DNA from: an uncultured Gemmatimonadales bacterium
GTDB taxonomy: Bacteria; Gemmatimonadota; Gemmatimonadetes; Gemmatimonadales; GWC2-71-9
Direction of reading: 5' to 3'
Length of the DNA: 64,000 bases
Assembly: GCA_963728915.1 (NCBI GenBank)
Contig: CAVSLV010000001.1
Coordinates: 320,001 to 384,000 of the forward strand
This document shows positions 33,901 through 42,900 of this stretch, one piece after another. A program made the position numbers and the translations under genes. The notes under the pieces are model-generated. The model was not told the origin of the DNA and made no database searches. It saw nothing but the letters and a program-made list of their open reading frames with translations. Every line of letters begins with the position of its first letter. The stretch's first letter is position 1.

Positions 33901-36900
33901 GTGCCGACCACCCCGCTCAGGGTCACGCCGGTAAACGTCACCACCCCGCCGACCGCGGTGCGGGTCAGGGTCCCGCCCAGACCTCCTCCCGCTCCCGAGA
34001 GAATCGCCACGGTGACCTGCGTGGTGTTGTCGCCCGTGACGGTATTCCCCTGGGCATCCTGGATGGCGATCACCGGCTGCGTGGCCAGGGCGCCCCCGCT
34101 CGACCCGCCCACCGGCTGGGTGGTAATGCCGAGTTTGTTCGCGACTCCGGCCGTCAGAGTAACGCCATTCGAAATGACCGACGCGAGTACCGGGTTGGAG
34201 GTGAACTGGAGCACGTAGTTGGTGCCGACCCCACCGCTCAGGGTCACCCCGGTAAACGTCACCACCCCGCCGACGGCGGTGCGGGTGAGGGTGCCGCCAA
34301 GACTGCCCCCGGCGCCCGAGAGGATCGCCACGGTGACCTGGGTGGTGTTATCGCCAGTGACGGTATTCCCCTGAGCATCCTGGATCACCACGATCGGCTG
34401 CGTGGCCAACGCCGCACCACTGGCACCGCCCACCGGTTGGGTGGTGATCCCGAGCTTGTTCGCAGCACCGGCCGTCACCGTCACGTTCCCCGAGTTGACC
34501 GGGGTGAGCACCGGGCTGGAGGTGAAGCGCAGCACATAGTTGGTCCCCACCGTGCCCGACAGGGTCACGTTGGTGAAGGTCGCGACGCCATTGACCGCGG
34601 TCACTGTTGTGGTCCCACCCACCGCTCCCCCCGCCCCGGAGAAGAGCGCGACGCTGACCTGAGTGCCGTTGTCGGTGGTGACGGTGTTCCCCTGGGCGTC
34701 CCGGATGGCGATCGCCGGCTGAGTGGCCAGTGTTGCGCCGTTCGCTCCGCCCACCGGCTGGGTGGTGATCGCAAGCTGGGTGGCCGTACCGGCCGTCACC
34801 GTCACGTTCCCCGAGTTGACCGGGGTGAGCACCGGGCTGGAGGTGAAGCGCAGCACATAGTTGGTCCCCACCGTGCCCGACAGGGTCACGTTGGTGAAGG
34901 TCGCGACGCCATTGACCGCGGTCACTGTTGTGGTCCCACCCACCGCTCCCCCCGCCCCGGAGAAGAGCGCGACGCTGACCTGAGTGCCGTTGTCGGTGGT
35001 GACGGTGTTCCCCTGGGCGTCCCGGATCGCCACGATCGGTTGGGTACTCAATGCGGCCCCGCTGGCGCCCCCCGTGGGCGGCTGGGTAATCGCCAGCTGC
35101 GATGCTGCGCCGGCAGTTACCGTGACATTTCCTGAATTCACCGCGGTGAGCACGGGGCTGGAGGTGAAGCGCAGCACATAGTTGGTCCCCACCGTGCCCG
35201 ACAGGGTCACGCCGGTGAAGGTCGCGACGCCATTGACCGCGGTCACTGTTGTGGTCCCGCCCACCGCTCCCCCCGCCCCAGAGAAGAGCGCGACGCTGAC
35301 CTGAGTGCCGTTGTCGGTGGTGACGGTGTTCCCCTGGGCGTCCCGGATCGCCACGATCGGTTGGGTACTCAATGCGGCCCCGCTGGCGCCCCCCGTGGGC
35401 GGCTGGGTAATCGCCAGCTGCGATGCTGCGCCGGCGGTTACCGTGACGTTTCCTGAATTCACCGCGGTGAGCACCGGGCTGGAGGTGAAGCGCAGCACAT
35501 AGTTGGTCCCCACCGTGCCCGACAGGGTCACGTTGGTGAAGGTCGCGACGCCATTGACCGCGGTCACTGTTGTGGTCCCGCCCACCGCTCCCCCCGCCCC
35601 GGAGAAGAGCGCGACGCTAACCTGAGTGCCGTTGTCGGTGGTGACCGTATTTCCCTGGGCGTCCCGGATCGCCACAATCGGTTGGGTACTCAATGCGGCC
35701 CCGCTGGCGCCCCCCGTGGGCGGCTGGGTAATCGCCAGCTGCGATGCTGCGCCGGCGGTTACCGTGACGTTTCCTGAATTCACCGCGGTGAGCACCGGGC
35801 TGGAGGTGAAGCGCAGCACATAGTTGGTCCCCACCGTGCCCGACAGGGTCACGTTGGTGAAGGTCGCGACGCCATTGACCGCGGTCACTGTTGTGGTCCC
35901 ACCCACCGCTCCCCCCGCCCCGGAGAAGAGCGCGACGCTGACCTGAGTGCCGTTGTCGGTGGTGACGGTGTTCCCCTGGGCGTCCCGGATGGCGATCGCC
36001 GGCTGAGTGGCCAGTGTTGCGCCGTTCGCTCCGCCCACCGGCTGGGTGGTGATCGCAAGCTGGGTGGCCGTACCGGCCGTCACCGTCACGTTCCCCGAGT
36101 TGACCGGGGTGAGCACCGGGCTGGAGGTGAAGCGCAGCACATAGTTGGTCCCCACCGTGCCCGACAGGGTCACGCCGGTGAAGGTCGCGACGCCATTGAC
36201 CGCGGTCACTGTTGTGGTCCCGCCCACCGCTCCCCCCGCCCCAGAGAAGAGCGCGACGCTAACCTGAGTGCCGTTGTCGGTGGTGACGGTGTTCCCCTGG
36301 GCGTCCCGGATCGCCACGATCGGTTGGGTACTCAATGCGGCCCCGCTGGCGCCCCCCGTGGGCGGCTGGGTAATCGCCAGCTGCGATGCTGCGCCGGCAG
36401 TTACCGTGACATTTCCTGAATTCACCGCGGTGAGCACGGGGCTGGAGGTGAAGCGCAGCACGTAGTTGGTGCCGACCACCCCGCTCAGGGTCACGCCGGT
36501 AAACGTCACCACCCCGCCGCTCGCGGTGCGGGTGAGCGTCCCGCCCAGGCTTCCTCCCGCTCCCGAGAGAATCGCCACGGTGACCTGCGTGGTGTTGTCG
36601 CCCGTGACGGTATTCCCCTGGGCATCCTGGATGGCGATCACCGGCTGCGTGGCCAGGGCGCCCCCGCTCGACCCGCCCACCGGCTGGGTGGTAATGCCGA
36701 GTTTGTTCGCGACTCCGGCCGTCAGAGTAACGCCATTCGAAATGACCGACGCGAGTACCGGGTTGGAGGTGAACTGGAGCACGTAGTTGGTGCCGACCCC
36801 ACCGCTCAGGGTCACCCCGGTAAACGTCACCACCCCGCCGACGGCGGTGCGGGTGAGGGTGCCGCCAAGACTGCCCCCGGCGCCCGAGAGGATCGCCACG

Positions 36901-39900
36901 GTGACCTGGGTGGTGTTATCGCCAGTGACGGTATTCCCCTGAGCATCCTGGATCACCACGATCGGCTGCGTGGCCAACGCCGCACCACTGGCACCGCCCA
37001 CCGGTTGGGTGGTGATCCCGAGCTTGTTCGCAGCACCGGCCGTCACCGTCACGTTCCCCGAGTTGACCGGGGTGAGCACCGGGCTGGAGGTGAAGCGCAG
37101 CACATAGTTGGTCCCCACCGTGCCCGACAGGGTCACGTTGGTGAAGGTCGCGACGCCATTGACCGCGGTCACTGTTGTGGTCCCACCCACCGCTCCCCCC
37201 GCCCCGGAGAAGAGCGCGACGCTGACCTGAGTGCCGTTGTCGGTGGTGACGGTGTTCCCCTGGGCGTCCCGGATGGCGATCGCCGGCTGAGTGGCCAGTG
37301 TTGCGCCGTTCGCTCCGCCCACCGGCTGGGTGGTGATCGCAAGCTGGGTGGCCGTACCGGCCGTCACCGTCACGTTCCCCGAGTTGACCGGGGTGAGCAC
37401 CGGGCTGGAGGTGAAGCGCAGCACATAGTTGGTCCCCACCGTGCCCGACAGGGTCACGCCGGTGAAGGTCGCGACGCCATTGACCGCGGTCACTGTTGTG
37501 GTCCCGCCCACCGCTCCCCCCGCCCCAGAGAAGAGCGCGACGCTAACCTGAGTGCCGTTGTCGGTGGTGACGGTGTTCCCCTGGGCGTCCCGGATCGCCA
37601 CGATCGGTTGGGTACTCAATGCGGCCCCGCTGGCGCCCCCCGTGGGCGGCTGGGTAATCGCCAGCTGCGATGCTGCGCCGGCAGTTACCGTGACATTTCC
37701 TGAATTCACCGCGGTGAGCACGGGGCTGGAGGTGAAGCGCAGCACGTAGTTGGTGCCGACCACCCCGCTCAGGGTCACGCCGGTAAACGTCACCACCCCG
37801 CCGCTCGCGGTGCGGGTGAGCGTCCCGCCCAGGCTTCCTCCCGCTCCCGAGAGAATCGCCACGGTGACCTGCGTGGTGTTGTCACTGGTGACCGTATTGC
37901 CGCCCGCGTCTTGGATCGCGACGACTGGCTGGGTGGCCAACGCCGCGCCACTGGCACCTCCCACCGGCTGGGTCGTGATGCCAAGCTTGCTGGGTGTTCC
38001 CGCGGTGACGGTAACGTTGTTCGAGCTCGCCGCGGTGAGCGCCGGACTCGAAGTGAACTGGAGGACGTAGTTAGTGCCTACTACTCCACTCAGCGTCACG
38101 CCGGTGAAGGCCACCACCCCACTGCTCGCGGTACGAGTCAAGGTTCCGCCGAGGCTCCCACCAGCGCCCGAGAGGATCCCCACCGAAACCTGCGTGGTGT
38201 TGTCCCCGGTCACGGTGTTGCCTTGGGCATCCTGGATCACCACGATCGGCTGGGTGGCCAACGCCGCACCACTGGCGCCCCCCACCGGTTGCTGGGTGAT
38301 ACCGAGCTTGTTCGCCGCGCCCGCTGTTACCGTCACGTTGTTCGAGTTGACCGAGGTGAGCACCGGGCTCGAGGTGAACTGGAGCACGTAGTTGGTTCCC
38401 ACCACGCCGCTCAGGGTCACCCCGGTAAAGGTCACCACCCCACTCGCCGCGGTGCGGGTGAGCGTTCCGCCAAGACTCCCGCCGGCCCCCGAGCCGATCT
38501 GGACGGTGACCTGAGTGGTGTTATCGGAGGTGACCGTATTCCCTTGCGCATCCTGGATCACCACGATCGGCTGGGTGGCGAGGGCCGCACCACTGGCCGC
38601 ACCGACGGGCTGGGTCGTGATGCCGAGCTTGTTCGCTGCGCCCGCTGTGACGGTGACGTTGTTCGAGCTGACCGACGTGAGCACCGGGTTCGAGGTGAAC
38701 TGGAGCACGTAGTTGGTGCCCACCACGCCGCTCAGGGTCAGCCCGGTGAACGTCACCACCCCGCCGCTCGCGGTGCGGGTGAGGGTTCCGCCGAGGCCTC
38801 CGCCGGCCCCTGAGCTGATCTGGACGGTCACCTGGGTGGTGTTGTCACCGGTCACGGTGTTGCCCTGGGCGTCCTGGATCACCACGATCGGCTGGGTCGC
38901 GAGGACCGCCCCGCTTGTCCCGCCCACCGGCTGCTGGGTGATCCCGAGCTTGTTCGCCGTGCCGGCCGTGACGGTGACGTTATTCGAGCTGATCGACGTG
39001 AGCACTGGGCTCGAGGTGAACTGGAGCACATAGCTGGTGCCGACCACCCCGCTCAGGCTCACCCCGGTAAAGGTCACCACGCCGCCGCTCGCGGTGCGGG
39101 TCAGGGTCCCGCCCAGAGCTCCTCCGGCCCCCGAGCCGATCTGGACCGTGACCTGCGTAGTGTTATCGCCGGTGACGGTATTCCCTTGCGCATCCTGGAT
39201 GGCGATCACCGGCTGGGTGGCCAGGGCAACCCCGCTGGACCCACCCACCGGTTGGGTGGTGATCCCGAGCTTGTTCGCCGCGCCCGCCGTCAGGGTCACC
39301 CCATTGGAAATGGCCGGTGCGAGCACCGGATTCGAGGTGAACTGGAGCGCGTAGTTGGTGCCCACCCCACCGCTCAGGGTCACGCCGGTAAATGACACGA
39401 CGCCGCCGATAGCTGTGCGGGCCAAGGTCCCACCGAGACTCCCCCCAACTCCGGAGCTGATCGCAACCGTCACTTGGGTGGAGTTGTCGGAAGTGACCGT
39501 GTTGCCTTGGGCATCCCGAATCGCGACAATCGGCTGAGTCGCGAGTACCGCCCCGCTGGCTCCTCCCACCGGCTGCTGGGTAATGGTGAGTTGGGAAGCC
39601 GCACCGGGTGTGACGCTGACGTTGCCGGAAGTCGCGGCAGCAAGTGCCGGCACCGAGGTGAACCGCAGGGTGTAGTTGGTTCCCACCGTTCCCGAGAGGG
39701 TGACACCGGTAAACGTCGCCACGCCGTTCGCCACGGTACGCGTGAGAGTGCCGCCCAGGGTCCCCCCGGCCCCCGAGAAGATCGCCACCGTCACCTGCGT
39801 GGTGTTGTCACCGGTTACCGTGTTTCCCTGGGCATCCCGCACGGCGACAATCGGCTGCGTGGTCAGCGTACCGCCGCTGGCCCCGCCCGCCGGCTGCTGG

Positions 39901-42900
39901 GTGATCACCAGTTGAGTTCCGGCGCCCGGGGTCACCGTGAGGCTGTTGGAGTTGGCCGGAGTGAGCGCGGGACTCGACGTGAACTGCAGCACGTAGTTGG
40001 TGCCGACCGTCCCTGCCATGGTCAGGTTCGTAAACGTGACGACCCCGTTGACCGCGGTGCCGGTCACGCTTCCGCCAAGGGTCCCGCCCACACCGGAAAG
40101 AATCCCCGCGGTGACCTGGGTGGTGTTATCGGTCGCGACCGTGTTGCCCTGGGCATCCCGAATGGCTACGACCGGCTGAGTAGCCAGGGCGCTACCACTC
40201 GGCCCGCCAACCGGCTGCTGAGTCAGCACCAGTTGCGTCGCGTTCCCGGCGGTGACGGTGACGTTGCTCGAATTGACCGGGGTGAGCGCCGGGCTCGAGG
40301 TGAATCGCAACACGTAGTTGGTCCCTACCGCGCCTGCGAGCGTCACGTTGGTGAAAGTCGCAACCCCATTCACTGCCGTGCCGGTCACCGTGCCGCCGAG
40401 CGTCCCGCCGGCGCCGGAAAAGATCGCGACGGTGACCTGGGTGGTGTTATCGGTCGTGACCGTGTTGCCCTGGGCATCCCGGATGGCGACGACGGGTTGG
40501 GTCGCCAGCGCCGTTCCGCTGGTGGCTCCCACGGGCTGCTGAGTGAGCACGAGCTGGCTGGCCGCACCGGCCGTCAGCGTGAGGTCGCTCGAATTCACCG
40601 CGGTCAGAGCCGGCGACGAGGTGAACCGGAGCACATAATTGGTGCCGACCGTCCCGGCGAGCGTCACTGCGGTGAAGCTGACAACCCCGTTGACAGCGGT
40701 GCGCGTGAGCGTGCCTCCCAGGGCGCCACCAGCCCCCGACTGGATAGCGATAGTGACCTGGGTCGTGTTGTCGCCAGTCACCGTATTACCCTGGGCGTCC
40801 CGGATCGCGACGATGGGTTGAGTTGGGAGGACCGCACCACTCGCGCCCCCGACCGGCTGCTGGGTGATCGCGAGCTGAGTTGCCGCGCCTGCGGTGACCG
40901 CTACGTTGCCCGAGGTGACCGGCGTGAGCGCCGGAGTCGAAGAGAACCCCAGGGTGTAGTTGGTGCCCACCGTACCAGCCAGCGTCACGCCCGAGAAGGT
41001 CACCACCCCGTTCGCCGCCGTCCGGGTGAGCGTCCCGCCGAGGGTTCCCCCCGTCCCCGACGCGATCGCCACCGTCACCTGGGTGGAATTGTCCGTCGTT
41101 ACGGTATTGCCCTGGGCATCCCGGATCGCCACGACCGGCTGGGTGGCGAGAGGAGCACCGCTGGCCCCGCCAGCCGGTTGCTGAGTCAGGCTGAGCTGGG
41201 TCGCGGTCCCCGCCGTGACCATGACGTTCCCCGAGTTGACCGCGGTCAGCGCCGGGCTCGAGGTGAACCGCAGCACATAATTCGTGCCCACCGTGCCGCT
41301 CAGCGTGAGACCGGTAAAGGTCACGACCCCGTTCACCGCGGTGCGGGTTAGGGTGCCCCCGAGAGTGCCGCCTCCCCCGGAGAAGATCGCCACCGAGACC
41401 TGGGTGCTGTTATCGGTCAGGACCGTGTTGCCCTGGGCGTCCCGGATCGCCAGGACCGGCTGGGTGGGTAATGGCGCCCCACTCAATCCACCGGCCGGCT
41501 GTTGGGTCAGCACGAGTTGGCTCGCGGTGCCGGCGCTCACCACCACCGATCCCGAGAGGGCGGGCGGGACCGGATTCCCGCTGATCCCGAAGCGGAGCTG
41601 ATAGCTCTGGCCCGCCGTTCCGGCGAGCGAGAGATCGTTGAAGGTCACCACGCCACCCGCGGCAGTCCGGGTTAGGGTCCCGCTCAGGTTTCCTCCGACG
41701 CCCGAGCTGATCGTGACCGAGACCTGGGTGGTGTTGTCCCCGGTCACGGTGTTCCCCTGCGCATCCCGGATCGCCAGCACCGGTTGGGTCGCCAGGGGTC
41801 CTCCGCTGGCTCCTCCGACCGGCTGTTGGGTCAGCACCAGTTGGCTTGCCGGTCCGGGCCCCAGGGCGATGACGCCCGAAGGGCCGGAAAGCAGCGCGCC
41901 AGAATTCGCGGTAAAGGCCACCTGGTAGTTGCCGACCGGACCCGCGACTCCCAGGCCGGCAAAGGTCGCCAGGCCGCCGGCTCCCGTGGTCGCCGTGGTC
42001 GATCCGATCAGGCTGCCTCCGGCCGGTCCGGACAAGGCGGCGTTGACTGCCACCCCCTGCTGAGTCACCGGGTTGCCTCCGCCATCCCGCAGTTGAAGAG
42101 CGGGTTGCTGCGGAAACGAAACGCCGCTCTGGGCGGCGGTTGAAGGTTGCTGGGTGAAGGTCAGCCGGGTCGGGACTCCGACCCCCAGCGCGATGGGAAC
42201 CGAGCTTGCCGGGCTGATCCCCGAAGCGCGAAAGGTCAGCGTGTAGTTGCCGGCGAGGCCGGACAGCCCGAGGCCCGCGAACGGGGCGAGGCCAGTGGCG
42301 TCAGTGGTGCTGAAGATTCCGCCGAGGAGATTCGCATCCGGGAACACGGTGGCCGTGACCGTGATCCCGGCCAGACCGACACTGTTCCCGCTCGCGTCTT
42401 GAAGCCGCACCACAGGCTGCTGCGTGAAGAGGGTTCCGCTCGCGAGCGCCGCGGTTGGCTGGGTGACCATTGCGAGCTGGCTGGGCGCCCCCGGGCCGAC
42501 GATCACCGGAGAGGAAACGACCGGGGAGTAATCCGGGGCGGAAAACCGGAGCGTGTAGGTGCCGACCGGTCCACTGATCGAAAGGCCCAGGAAGGCCGCC
42601 AGCCCCGAGCCGTTCGTGTTGGCAGTGGTGTTCCCACCCACATCCCCCGATCCGCTCGCCAGGGAGGCGGTGACCACCACCCCGGATTGCGGTACGTCGT
42701 TTCCGAAGGCGTCGTGGAGCCGGATCGCGGGCTGAATCGAAAGTGGAGTATTGCTCTGCGCGGACACCCCGGGCTGGGTCGCAATGAACAACGTCGTCCC
42801 GCTCCCTGGCAGAAGCTCGATGGTTCCCGAAGTGAGGGGGGCCATCCCCGGGGCGGTGAAGATCAGGTTGTACTCGCCCGTCGCACCGGACACCGAGAGG

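Noticed and set aside
31254..41849. Regular array as CRISPR or a non-coding repeat
   Set aside because: Units are 321-bp in-frame coding repeats with no repeat-spacer structure and no cas genes.
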